IMG/VR virus record: IMGVR_UViG_3300037722_000325
Location: 1-39,209 of that record
DNA length: 39,209 nucleotides
Source: a virus
Lineage: Duplodnaviria > Caudoviricetes
Direction: 5' to 3' (one strand)
A program made the position numbers and the translations under genes. The first letter of the stretch is position 1, and the number at the start of each line of letters is the position of its first letter. The notes under the pieces were generated by a model that saw nothing but the letters and a program-made list of their open reading frames with translations, was not told the DNA's origin and did not search any database. This document shows, in pieces, positions 1 through 8,602 of the stretch.

Positions 1-127
1 ATGCCGTGGTCGCGCGCCAAGGCAATCGCTGCCGAGTACCGCGCCGGAGCGCGCGACGTGAAGAAACTGACCGCGCTGTTCGACGCCTGCTTTCGGATCC
101 AGCGCGAGGCCATCGAAGCGGCAGGAC
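1..127. repeat. Terminal direct repeat, copy 1 (assembly overlap of a circular contig)
   Basis: Bases 1-127 are identical to 39083-39209, and the repeat lies inside one continuous ORF. Confidence 0.95.
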
Positions 128-573
128 ACTTCATCCCGATGGTAGTCGAGAACGTGCGCGGGGCGAATGAATGGGTTGGCAGATCAAGGTGGAACTTTGG
201 CAGCTTTCACCTTTGGGGTGACGTGCCGGCGCTGATGCCGATGACGCGCGGGGCGCAGAAGTTCAATCCTGACGGAACAGCACACCCCCCCGGTTCATGG
301 TTCGCGGTTGCCAATAGCAAGAATCGCGGCGCGCACACGAAGAACAACGGCGGCTCATGGTTCAACATCGGCTCGCCGGGGCAGAAGGAGACGAACAGGA
401 ACCCGGTTCACGATCACATCAAGCAAGGCGGCGATTGGTTCAACGCTTCGCAGCCCTCAATCTCACGCATGTGCGGTAGCAAATCATCCGCCCGCAAGGC
501 CGCATCAGCCGCAATCGCCAAGATACCGTTCGCGCTCGCCCAGCACATCGCCAAATCGTGGAAGCCAGGATGA
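1..573 (+). CDS. C5 cytosine DNA methyltransferase, 3' part
   Basis: VVENVRG (motif VI) and a C-terminal motif-X-like helix IAKIPFALAQHIA; continues the ORF from 38846. Confidence 0.88.
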   Translation: MPWSRAKAIAAEYRAGARDVKKLTALFDACFRIQREAIEAAGHFIPMVVENVRGANEWVGRSRWNFGSFHLWGDVPALMPMTRGAQKFNPDGTAHPPGSWFAVANSKNRGAHTKNNGGSWFNIGSPGQKETNRNPVHDHIKQGGDWFNASQPSISRMCGSKSSARKAASAAIAKIPFALAQHIAKSWKPG

Positions 574-950
574 AAATCCCCCGCTCCCATCCCGCCGATC
601 CCGAAACCCTGACGAACCGAGCCAGGATCGTCGAGGCGTTGCAGAGCGGGCCGAAGTTTCGCATGGAGCTGATGCGGGAGCTGGGCATCACGTCCAAGAC
701 GACGATGAACACCTGCCTGCACAACTTGGTCGACCACGGCAAGATTGTTTCCCGTGGAACCGCCTTTCAGGTTGGCCGGACGGATGTGGAGTCCAGATCG
801 GTCCTTTACGGATTGCCGGTCAAGAACGATCCGACGCCGAGTTCGGGTGAGTTCGCCAGGGCCACCTACAGGCGACCGCGGGAGTTCCGGCCCAGCACCC
901 ATGACAACACCGAACACGCGCGCTTGGCGATGCTGGCGAGGCGGGCATGA
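570..950 (+). CDS. Winged-helix DNA-binding protein
   Basis: ATGA overlap with the methyltransferase stop; RARIVEALQSGP..ELMRELGIT..TMNTCLHNLVDHGKIV fits a wHTH pattern. Confidence 0.65.
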   Translation: MKIPRSHPADPETLTNRARIVEALQSGPKFRMELMRELGITSKTTMNTCLHNLVDHGKIVSRGTAFQVGRTDVESRSVLYGLPVKNDPTPSSGEFARATYRRPREFRPSTHDNTEHARLAMLARRA

Positions 951-1156
951 CCAAACATGACGCCATCCGCGCAGTCCTGCTCGCCTCGAAAGAGGCGTTG
1001 ACACTCGACGTGCTCCTGCCGCGGCTCGAGCGCAGAACGAAACAGGTGTTTGGCCGGTCGCGTCTTTACCGGCTGCTCTTCGTCATGCAGGTCATGGGCC
1101 ACGTCGCAAGCGAGGGCCGGGGTGAGGCGAGGGCTTACAGGTGGGTGGGGCGATGA
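947..1156 (+). CDS. Small winged-helix-like hypothetical protein
   Basis: ATGA-coupled; RSRLYRLLFVMQVMGHVASEGRG..YRW resembles a recognition helix plus wing. Confidence 0.55.
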   Translation: MTKHDAIRAVLLASKEALTLDVLLPRLERRTKQVFGRSRLYRLLFVMQVMGHVASEGRGEARAYRWVGR

Positions 1157-1371
1157 CCGACGCGATCCTCTCCAGGTGGGCCGAGCGCGCCGCCGCTGCC
1201 GAGCGCAACCGGGCGGCGATGCCCGTGGTTTCGGCGTGGGTTGCCGAGCTGCGCCAGCACTTCCCGGACTGCCGCGTGCGCTACGCCGCCGAGGCCGGCC
1301 GCGTGCAGGGTGCGCCTGGGCCGGAAGGGGTGATCGCGACCGTGGCGTTTGTGCCGAAGGGGATGAAGTGA
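1153..1371 (+). CDS. Hypothetical phage protein
   Basis: Coupled to both neighbours by ATGA and GTGA overlaps. Confidence 0.6.
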   Translation: MTDAILSRWAERAAAAERNRAAMPVVSAWVAELRQHFPDCRVRYAAEAGRVQGAPGPEGVIATVAFVPKGMK

Positions 1372-2189
1372 GCAAGGTCGATCAATGGATGCCGCTTTAC
1401 ATCGCCGAATACACGGCCGACACGACACGCTTTACGTGCGAGCAGCACGGCGCCTATTTGCTGCTCATCATGGACTATTGGCGCAACGGGCCGCCACCGG
1501 ATGACGATGCCGTGCTCGCCCAGGTCGCAAAACTCACCCCGGTGCGCTGGCGCGCAATACGGCCTGTGATACAGGCGAAGTTCCAAGTCGGCGGCGGAGA
1601 GTGGAAGCACAAGCGCGTTGAAAAGGAGATCGCAAAGGCCAAGGCGACGCAGCAAGTGCTGTCCGAGCGCGGGAAGGAGGGCGCGGCCGCACGATGGAAC
1701 AAGGACGACTCAGGCAATGGCTCAGGCAATGGCCAAAGCAATGGCTCAGGCAATGCAACGGCCATGCAACAGGCAATGCCTAAGACCATGCTTGCCGATG
1801 CACCCTTACCAAGTTCTTTACAAACTTCTGTACCAAGTTCTGGACCCTCACCCTCACCCTCACCGGGACCAAAAACAAAGGCGCGCAAGCGCGCTGCCAT
1901 TCGCCCAACAGCGGTATCGGAGAAGGTCTGGGACGACTTCCAGGAGATCCGAAAAGCGAAGCGGGCGCCGCTTACCGACACGGCTTTGACGGGGATCAAA
2001 CGGGAGGCAGGAAAGGCGGGAATCACCCTGCAGGCCGCTCTCGAAATGTCTTGCGCTCGTGGCTGGCAGGGGTTCGAAGCGCAGTGGGTCAACGGATCGA
2101 AACCGCAAGGTAATGCGGATGCTGCGGCAGAGGCGAAGCGCCGCATCTTCGGGGAAAGGGACGTGACTGATGAATCCGAGCGACTTTGA
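1368..2189 (+). CDS. Replication initiator, YdaU/DUF1376 family
   Basis: GTG start overlaps the previous stop. WMPLYIAEYTADT..EQHGAYLLLIMDYW is the DUF1376 pattern; iterons lie in the central linker. Confidence 0.85.
   Translation: MSKVDQWMPLYIAEYTADTTRFTCEQHGAYLLLIMDYWRNGPPPDDDAVLAQVAKLTPVRWRAIRPVIQAKFQVGGGEWKHKRVEKEIAKAKATQQVLSERGKEGAAARWNKDDSGNGSGNGQSNGSGNATAMQQAMPKTMLADAPLPSSLQTSVPSSGPSPSPSPGPKTKARKRAAIRPTAVSEKVWDDFQEIRKAKRAPLTDTALTGIKREAGKAGITLQAALEMSCARGWQGFEAQWVNGSKPQGNADAAAEAKRRIFGERDVTDESERL
1709..1880. other. Putative replication origin (iterons inside the initiator gene)
   Basis: GCAATG-like cores at 1714, 1726, 1738, 1750, 1761, 1773 and 1785 (about 12-bp period), then TACCAAGTTCT twice, ACCCTC three times and a locally AT-richer tract. 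The layout parallels lambda ori within O. Confidence 0.7.
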
Positions 2190-2766
2190 CCCGTTCAGCG
2201 AGCTGCTGACAACGCTCGCGGATTACTACGGCCGCAAGCTCGCGCCAGCCACGATTCAACTCTACTGGAACGCGCTCGCCGGTCACGATTTCGAGACGGT
2301 AAAAGCGCTGTGCACAGAGCACGTCAAGACACAGAAATTCATGCCCGCGATTTCGGAGATTTTGGATGCCTTACGAACGATGGACGGAAGGCCGAACGCG
2401 GAGGAAGCCTGGGCGACGGTGGCGAAGTCTTTGAACGACGAGGGCCTGACGGTCGTGTGGACTGAGGAAATGGCGTCAGCTTTCGGCGTGGCGCTTGGGC
2501 TGCAGGACGACCGTGTAGCAGCGCGCATGGCCTTCAAGGAAGCGTACGAGGAGGCGGTCAGGGAGGCGCGCAGCGCGGGTGCCCCCGCGAAGTGGATCGC
2601 CTCCCTCGGGCACGATCCAGCAGGCAGGGAAGGCCCGCTGATCGAGGCTGTGAGACGGCGCCGCCTGAGCGTTGATCACGTTCGCGGACTGCTACCGTAT
2701 CGGATAGTCAGCGAGGAATCATTGAAGCTGCTCGAAAAACTGCGATACGACGTGGTGAAGGCGTGA
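2170..2766 (+). CDS. Putative replicative helicase loader
   Basis: Directly follows the initiator; LYWNALAGHDFETVK..KFMPAISEIL is typical of phage loader proteins. Confidence 0.65.
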   Translation: MNPSDFDPFSELLTTLADYYGRKLAPATIQLYWNALAGHDFETVKALCTEHVKTQKFMPAISEILDALRTMDGRPNAEEAWATVAKSLNDEGLTVVWTEEMASAFGVALGLQDDRVAARMAFKEAYEEAVREARSAGAPAKWIASLGHDPAGREGPLIEAVRRRRLSVDHVRGLLPYRIVSEESLKLLEKLRYDVVKA

Positions 2767-3164
2767 AGCTCACCCTGCCATACCCGGTCAGCGCGAACCG
2801 CTACTGGCGCTCCTTCGTCCCGCGCGGCTACAAGCGGGCGCTCGTCGTCGTTTCGGACGAGGCGAAAGCCTACATCCGCGAAGTGGGCCTGGAAGCGAAG
2901 CGCCAGGGACTGCGCAAACCCGCAACCGGACTCGTGTCCCTCATCGTGCGGCTCATCCCCGCAAACCGCGTGTGCATGGATCTCGACAACGCGCTGAAAG
3001 TCGTCATCGATGCATTGAAAGGTATCGCCTACGCAGACGACGCGGACGTTTTCAAGATCGTGGCCGAGCGAGCGGACCCGGACGGTCACGCGCGGCTCGA
3101 GATCGAGATCGACGCCTACCTACCCGCACCGCCGCCGCTCTTCGCCGATGCTGCTACAGCGTGA
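2763..3164 (+). CDS. rusA: RusA-family Holliday junction resolvase
   Basis: LPYPVSANRYWR; DLDNALKVVIDALKGIAYADDADV carries the catalytic Asp residues. Confidence 0.92.
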   Translation: MKLTLPYPVSANRYWRSFVPRGYKRALVVVSDEAKAYIREVGLEAKRQGLRKPATGLVSLIVRLIPANRVCMDLDNALKVVIDALKGIAYADDADVFKIVAERADPDGHARLEIEIDAYLPAPPPLFADAATA

Positions 3165-3780
3165 CGTGCCGACGAACTGCGTCGAGTTGATCCTCGATTT
3201 ACGCCGCGCGCGCTGGAAAATGATCGACATCGCGAAAGCGCTCAACGTCCCCACATCGACGCTCGGAAAGTGGTTCTACGAGTCATCCAAGCCGAATATT
3301 GACGACGGTTTGGCGCTCCTCGCGTTGCACCGGCGCGTGACAGAAAAACGCCAAAGCGAGTATTCAGAGCAAGAATCAGCCTCACAATCCGACTCGCACG
3401 CACGTCTAGCGCAACCGCGAAGGGAGCAACCGATGGCGAAACGACCGAGGATGGTGAGGCAGCCGGGTGACGAGCCGCAGGCTCTCTCAGGTGATCTAGC
3501 TGGGGGCGAATCGGATCCGGATGCTGCGATTGCTGCTGCGCAGTCGGGCCGGGCACGCAAGATCGCGAAGCCGCGCCCTGCGGTGCCGGCGTCACGCGTG
3601 AAGGGCGATCCCGAGCGCCCGGCTGACGCTGCGGTGAACGCGTCGCGCGAGATGAGCTACGCCGCGGCGATGACAGCGCGCGATGCGCGCGAACTCCCGC
3701 GCTCGGTTCTGACTGAGAAAGGCTGGGTGCAGCCGCTGCCGAGCGAAGAGGAAATCCGCGCGGCGCAGCGCTCGCGGTAA
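3148..3780 (+). CDS. HTH protein in frame with a downstream low-complexity protein (probable internal start at 3433)
   Basis: N-terminal WKMIDIAKALNVPTSTLGKW is an HTH; AGGGAG precedes the in-frame ATG at 3433. Confidence 0.55.
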   Translation: MLLQRDVPTNCVELILDLRRARWKMIDIAKALNVPTSTLGKWFYESSKPNIDDGLALLALHRRVTEKRQSEYSEQESASQSDSHARLAQPRREQPMAKRPRMVRQPGDEPQALSGDLAGGESDPDAAIAAAQSGRARKIAKPRPAVPASRVKGDPERPADAAVNASREMSYAAAMTARDARELPRSVLTEKGWVQPLPSEEEIRAAQRSR

Positions 3781-3784
3781 GCCC

Positions 3785-4081
3785 ATGTGCACGGGACTCG
3801 AAATCGCAATGCTCGCCGGGAGCGCTCTGTCTGCGGGTGCAGCCGTGAAGTCTATGAGCTCGGACAAAGGCAAGGCGCCGCCCGTCGTTCAATCGTCCCC
3901 GATCGCGGACCAGGCGAAGATCGACGCCGATGCTGCGGCGAAGGCCGCGCAGGACAAGACGCAGCTTCGCCGGCGCCTTCGGGCATCGTCTCTGCTCGCG
4001 ACCGGTGGACAGGGCGACACGCTGGATCCTGTGACGGGGCAGCCCACCGCGATAGCGGGTAAGTCCACGCTCGGAGCGTAG
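3785..4081 (+). CDS. Small virion or ejection-associated protein upstream of the portal
   Basis: MCTG N-terminus, RRR..SLL..G motif and C-terminal KSTLG, as in small pre-portal podovirus proteins. Confidence 0.7.
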   Translation: MCTGLEIAMLAGSALSAGAAVKSMSSDKGKAPPVVQSSPIADQAKIDADAAAKAAQDKTQLRRRLRASSLLATGGQGDTLDPVTGQPTAIAGKSTLGA

Positions 4082-5686
4082 ATGGCTGCCGATGCTGCTG
4101 CCCTTCTTCGACGTCACGAGCGGTTGAAGTCCCGGCGCTCGGTGGTCGAGGACAAGTGGCGCGAGTGCTACCAGTTCACCTATCCGCTGCGGGGCTCCGC
4201 GTTCGAGACGATGGGCGCTCCCGCACCGGAGGGCTCGAACGCATCGAACGCGGCATCGCGCCAGGCTGAGCTGCTGGACTCCACCGGTACCGACTCGACC
4301 CGCATCCTCGCCTCTGGCATGCAGTCGGGCCTGACCCCCTCAAATTCGCGCTGGCCAGGGCTCGAACTCGGGGACGAATCCGACGAGGAGCGGCGCTGGC
4401 TCGAACAGTGCGCGCAGATCCTGTGGGAGAACATCCACGCGTCGAACTATGACTCGGTAGCATTCGACTGCATGCTCGACATGGCGATCGCGGGCATGTT
4501 CCCGATGTTCGTCAACGAGGCACCAGACGGCGGGTATCTGTTCGACGAGTGGCCGCTTGCCACCTCCTATTTCGCATCCTCGGTGCCGGCCGGCCCGATC
4601 GATACCGTGTTCAACGAGTTCCCGCTATCGGCCGAGCAAGCGGTCGCTGATTACGGCGAGAACATGGTGAGCGAGAAGGTGCGAAAGCTCATCGACGATG
4701 ACAAGCCCGACGAGCAGGTGACGTTCGTGCGCTGCGTCTACCCGAGGCCGGGCACCCGTGGGCTCTTCCCGCGCAACATGCCGATTGCATCAGTGCACAT
4801 CGATAAGGACTCGAAGCAAGTGGTGCGCGAGTCTGGCTACCACGAGCAGCCGATCGGTGTGCCGCGCTGGCAGCAGGTGCCGGGGTCGGTGTACGCGTTC
4901 GGGTCCGCCTTCGATGCGCTGCCGGACATGAAGACGCTGAATGAAGTCGTGCGCTTCGATCTTGCGAACATGGATCTCGCGCTTGCCGGCATGTGGGGCG
5001 CGGTCGACGATGGCGTCTTGAATCCCCGCTCTATCACGATCGGGCCGCGCAAAGTCATCGTGATGGCGGACAAGGATAATTTCTTCTCGTTGACGCCGGG
5101 CGGGGACTTCAAGGCAGCTGTGCTCGAAATCGATCGCCTGCAGCGCGCGATCCGGAAGGTTTTCATGGCCGATCAGTTGGAGCCCCAGGCGAAGCCGGGC
5201 ACACCGCCCACGGCGACCGAGATCGTGGTGCGCGTCGAGCTGCTGCGCCAGCTGCTGGGCCCGGTGTATGGCCGGATGCAGTCCGAGTATCTGAAGTGGC
5301 TCGTGGTGCGCTGCTTCGGGCTTGCCTACCGTGCCGGTGTTTTCACGCCACCGCCGCGCTCGATCGTGCAACGATCGCAGACGATAGGCGTGACCTACAA
5401 CTCGCCGATCGCCCGCGCCCAGAAAGCGGTCGATGTGTCCGCGATGGATCGCTACGAACTCGCGCTCACGAATGAGGCGGCCATCAACGGCCCGGGCGTG
5501 CTCGACAACTACCACTGGGACAAGGCCGCGCGACGTCGCGCCGAGCTCCTGGGTGTGCCGGGCGACCTCATCCCGGACGAAGACGAGATTGCGGCCATGC
5601 GCGAACAGCGCTCCAATGAGCAGCAGGCGGCGAATCTCAAGCAGATCGCCGCGCAATCGATGGCAGCGGCCGCAGGTGCGGCATGA
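4082..5686 (+). CDS. Portal (head-to-tail connector) protein, T7/BPP-1 type
   Basis: 534 aa; LASGMQSGLTP, PRW....GSVY, TATEIVVRVE..LLGPVYGRMQSE and YNSPIARAQK motifs. Confidence 0.93.
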   Translation: MAADAAALLRRHERLKSRRSVVEDKWRECYQFTYPLRGSAFETMGAPAPEGSNASNAASRQAELLDSTGTDSTRILASGMQSGLTPSNSRWPGLELGDESDEERRWLEQCAQILWENIHASNYDSVAFDCMLDMAIAGMFPMFVNEAPDGGYLFDEWPLATSYFASSVPAGPIDTVFNEFPLSAEQAVADYGENMVSEKVRKLIDDDKPDEQVTFVRCVYPRPGTRGLFPRNMPIASVHIDKDSKQVVRESGYHEQPIGVPRWQQVPGSVYAFGSAFDALPDMKTLNEVVRFDLANMDLALAGMWGAVDDGVLNPRSITIGPRKVIVMADKDNFFSLTPGGDFKAAVLEIDRLQRAIRKVFMADQLEPQAKPGTPPTATEIVVRVELLRQLLGPVYGRMQSEYLKWLVVRCFGLAYRAGVFTPPPRSIVQRSQTIGVTYNSPIARAQKAVDVSAMDRYELALTNEAAINGPGVLDNYHWDKAARRRAELLGVPGDLIPDEDEIAAMREQRSNEQQAANLKQIAAQSMAAAAGAA

Positions 5687-6222
5687 AACGTCTCAAGCCC
5701 GTCGACATCGCGCACCGCAGGATCGTGGAGCTGATCGAGCTGAAGGGGGGTGCTGGCAACATATGGGCGAACGGCAAGCGCTTCGCCATCACCTACGACG
5801 ATCTGCTCGACGTGGTGCAGGCGGTCGAGATGATCATGCTGAAGCTCACCGGCAAGGTGCTGCGCGCGAATTTGCGGCCCGTGATCACGAACCGCGCGGC
5901 GTTGAAGGTGGATAACTTCTTCGCGGGCGACTATTCTTTATACGACGCTGCGCAAGGCGCGGCACCGTTCGAAGCGCACCAGGTGTGCGACGTGACCGAG
6001 CGCTTGCTCACAACGCATTACATGCATTGCCAGATAGACGATAAGCGGTGGGACACGTGGTTCTGCCGGCTGGACGAACTGGTGAAGGCGCTCTACCTGA
6101 TCGTGAGGGAAGCGCAGGGCGACGTGTACGATGCGCCCGTGATGGTCGGGCCGCCGGTCGTGAAGCAGCTTGTGGCGGAAGTGCGCAGCACGTTCCTTTC
6201 GCGTGAGGCCGGCCATGGCTGA
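5683..6222 (+). CDS. Hypothetical protein with an apparent internal duplication
   Basis: ATGA-coupled to the portal; 179 aa. Confidence 0.7.
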   Translation: MKRLKPVDIAHRRIVELIELKGGAGNIWANGKRFAITYDDLLDVVQAVEMIMLKLTGKVLRANLRPVITNRAALKVDNFFAGDYSLYDAAQGAAPFEAHQVCDVTERLLTTHYMHCQIDDKRWDTWFCRLDELVKALYLIVREAQGDVYDAPVMVGPPVVKQLVAEVRSTFLSREAGHG

Positions 6223-6454
6223 GGGCTCGCCATCGATCGCCACAGCGGAAGACTACGTGGCCACGTTTCAGGGGTTCAAGCCGGGGCGCAACGTGCTGGA
6301 AGACCTGACCGCGCGCTTTCACGATCGCAGGGTCTACAAGCCGGGCGGCGTCGAGGGACAGCGGGAAACCGAGCGTCGCGCGGCGCAAAAGGAAGTGGTC
6401 GAGTTCATCCTCGGCCGAATCGGAACGCAGATAGGGGGCGGGAATGCTGATTGA
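6215..6454 (+). CDS. Bbp19-like small protein
   Basis: DYVATF....GRNVLEDL..RF and QKEVVEFIL pattern; lies between portal and scaffold. Confidence 0.75.
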   Translation: MAEGSPSIATAEDYVATFQGFKPGRNVLEDLTARFHDRRVYKPGGVEGQRETERRAAQKEVVEFILGRIGTQIGGGNAD

Positions 6455-7439
6455 GCGGTTGCTTGCGAGGTTCTACGAAGCCGAGGCGGGTGCGGATACT
6501 GCCAGCGGCGGTGGCGGGGCTGACACGGTCGCTGCCGGTGCCGGTGCCGATACCGTCGCTGGCAGCATGGGGAACGACACGGCTGCCGGCGGGAAGGGCG
6601 GCGACACGCTCCTCGGCACGCTCGGCAAAGACGGCGGCAATGATACGGCGCCTGGTAGTGCCGGTGCTGACACCGCGCCCGGTGGCGATGGCGCGGACAA
6701 GCTCACACCCGAAGCCCGAGCGCTCGCTGCGGCCGAGAAAGACACGCGCCGCCCGAAGCACGTCCCCTCGAAGTACTGGGACACGGAGAAGGGCGAGGTC
6801 AAACTCGAAGCATGGGGCAAGTCGACCCAGCAACTTGAAGCTCGCATGCGCGACGTGGGCCTACCGCCGGACCTTGCTGAGGGCTACAAATTCGAGGTGC
6901 CGAAGCCGCTGAAGGATGCCGGCGTCGATCTCGACCCGGCGATGGGCAAGGCGTTCCGCGAGAAGGCGCACGCGCTTGGGCTCACGCAGAAGCAGTATGA
7001 GGGCGTGATGGGCCAGTACTTCGAATCGATGGGCGCCATGGCCGAGCAGACCTCGGCGTTCTCATCGGACAAAGCGAAGACCGAATTGCTCGGGTTCTAC
7101 AAGACCGAGGACGCGCTGCGCTCGAACGTGCAGCTCGCCTACAAGGCATTCAGTGCGTACGCCGACGAAAAGGACATGGCGCTGATCGACCAGATCGGGA
7201 ACATCCCGGCGGTGATCCGCGTGCTCGCGAAGGTGGGCGCAGAAATGCGGGAGGACCCGGGCGTTCACCCGGATGCGATCCTCGACACCGAGAGCCTTGA
7301 GACGCTCATGCGCGGGAAGCCTGGCGATGCGGATGCGCCGTACTGGAACGAGAAGGATGCGCGCCACAAGTCGACGGTCGCGAAGGTCATGCGGCACCAC
7401 GAAGCGACAGCGGCGGCGCAGCGACGCAAGGCCGCGTAA
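6444..7439 (+). CDS. Capsid scaffolding protein
   Basis: Precedes the capsid gene; VPSKYWD, LGLTQKQ, IGNIPAVIRVLAKVG and PYWN..DARH motifs; acidic disordered N-terminus. Confidence 0.8.
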   Translation: MLIERLLARFYEAEAGADTASGGGGADTVAAGAGADTVAGSMGNDTAAGGKGGDTLLGTLGKDGGNDTAPGSAGADTAPGGDGADKLTPEARALAAAEKDTRRPKHVPSKYWDTEKGEVKLEAWGKSTQQLEARMRDVGLPPDLAEGYKFEVPKPLKDAGVDLDPAMGKAFREKAHALGLTQKQYEGVMGQYFESMGAMAEQTSAFSSDKAKTELLGFYKTEDALRSNVQLAYKAFSAYADEKDMALIDQIGNIPAVIRVLAKVGAEMREDPGVHPDAILDTESLETLMRGKPGDADAPYWNEKDARHKSTVAKVMRHHEATAAAQRRKAA

Positions 7440-7453
7440 CGAATTGATTTACA

Positions 7454-7661
7454 CCCTGCCAGCCGAACAACCGGTGATCCGGCCGGCGGCAGGGACGAAC
7501 GAGTAGGGGCACAACCGGACACGTCCGGCCCCCACGCCACAGCAGCACCGCGAGGCGTAAAACCGCGGCGCACGCAGCATCCGGCCCACCGGCCAAGCGC
7601 GCTAAATGGTGGCACAACCGGAAAAGAGTTGACCGACTAACTTTTTTCTGGAGAAGCCATC
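7454..7661 (+). promoter_or_regulatory. Structured 5' leader of the major capsid gene (putative cis-regulatory RNA)
   Basis: Helices at 7454-7494, 7506-7533 and 7580-7622 share an MACAA/C internal loop; a further helix at 7618-7651 overlaps the GGAG RBS. Confidence 0.65.
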
Positions 7662-8522
7662 ATGAGCTTTCAAGTAACCGAGGCTTTCGTACAAGCCTTC
7701 AGCGCGAATTTCTATCACCTCGCGCAGCAGATGGAATCGCGCCTGAGTTCCCGGGTTCGCGTCGAGTCCGGGATCGTGGGCGATTCGAAGAAGATCAACC
7801 GGATCGGCGCCACCGCAGCGCAGAAGAAGACCACGCGCCACGGTGACACGCCGCTGATCGAAACCCCGCACAGCACCCGCTGGATCGACCTGGACGATTA
7901 CGAATGGGCCGACCTGGTGGACGAGCTGGACAAGAAGAAGATGCTCGCCTCGCCCGAATCCGACTACCTCAAGGCGGGGGTGGCGGCGATGAACCGCGCG
8001 AAAGACGATGTGATCTACGAAGCCGCACGCGGGGCAGCGCGCACAAGCTCGGGCACGACGGCGCTGCCTTCAGCGCAGAAGATCGCGGTCGCATCAAGCG
8101 GGTTGACCAAGACAAAGATCATCGGGGCGCGCAAGCTCTTCCGTGCGAACGAAGCCGACGAGGAAAACGGCGAAACGCTCTATCACATGTACTCGTCCGA
8201 AGCACTCGAAGACGTGCTGGGCGATACGACCCTCACCTCGGGTGACTTCATCAAGGTGCAAATGCTTCAAGAGGGCAACCTCAAGGGCATGTGGGCCGGC
8301 TTCGAGTGGGTGCCGTTCGAGCGCGCCACCAAGGTCACCAACGATCGATTCCTGATCTCCTGGGCAAAGTCAGGCGTTGCGCTGGGTGTCGGGGCCGAGA
8401 TCATGACGCGCTTGACCGAGCGCGCCGACAAGTCCTACGCGATGCAGCCCTACGCGCGCATGTCGATCGGCGCGGTGCGCATCGAAGAGGCAAAGGTGGT
8501 GGAAACCGCCTGCCTGGAATAA
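7662..8522 (+). CDS. Major capsid protein
   Basis: MSFQVTEAFVQAFSAN..LAQQMESRL, TRHGDTP and RIEEAKVV motifs of the BPP-1-like capsid family; GGAG RBS. Confidence 0.92.
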   Translation: MSFQVTEAFVQAFSANFYHLAQQMESRLSSRVRVESGIVGDSKKINRIGATAAQKKTTRHGDTPLIETPHSTRWIDLDDYEWADLVDELDKKKMLASPESDYLKAGVAAMNRAKDDVIYEAARGAARTSSGTTALPSAQKIAVASSGLTKTKIIGARKLFRANEADEENGETLYHMYSSEALEDVLGDTTLTSGDFIKVQMLQEGNLKGMWAGFEWVPFERATKVTNDRFLISWAKSGVALGVGAEIMTRLTERADKSYAMQPYARMSIGAVRIEEAKVVETACLE

Positions 8523-8535
8523 CGCTGTAGCAACC

Positions 8536-8564
8536 GCGGGGCCAATTGACCGGCCCCGCATTTT
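8536..8564 (+). terminator. Putative leaky intrinsic terminator after the capsid gene
   Basis: GCGGGGCC-aattgacc-GGCCCCGC followed by ATTTT. Confidence 0.55.
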
Positions 8565-8602
8565 CAACAAGCTGGGTACAAGGCCCACAAAGGAGAACCA
8601 TC

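Noticed and set aside
7440-7661. CRISPR mini-array or tRNA in the capsid leader
   Set aside because: The repeats are only about 8-9 nt within helices, with no regular spacers and no cloverleaf or T-loop.
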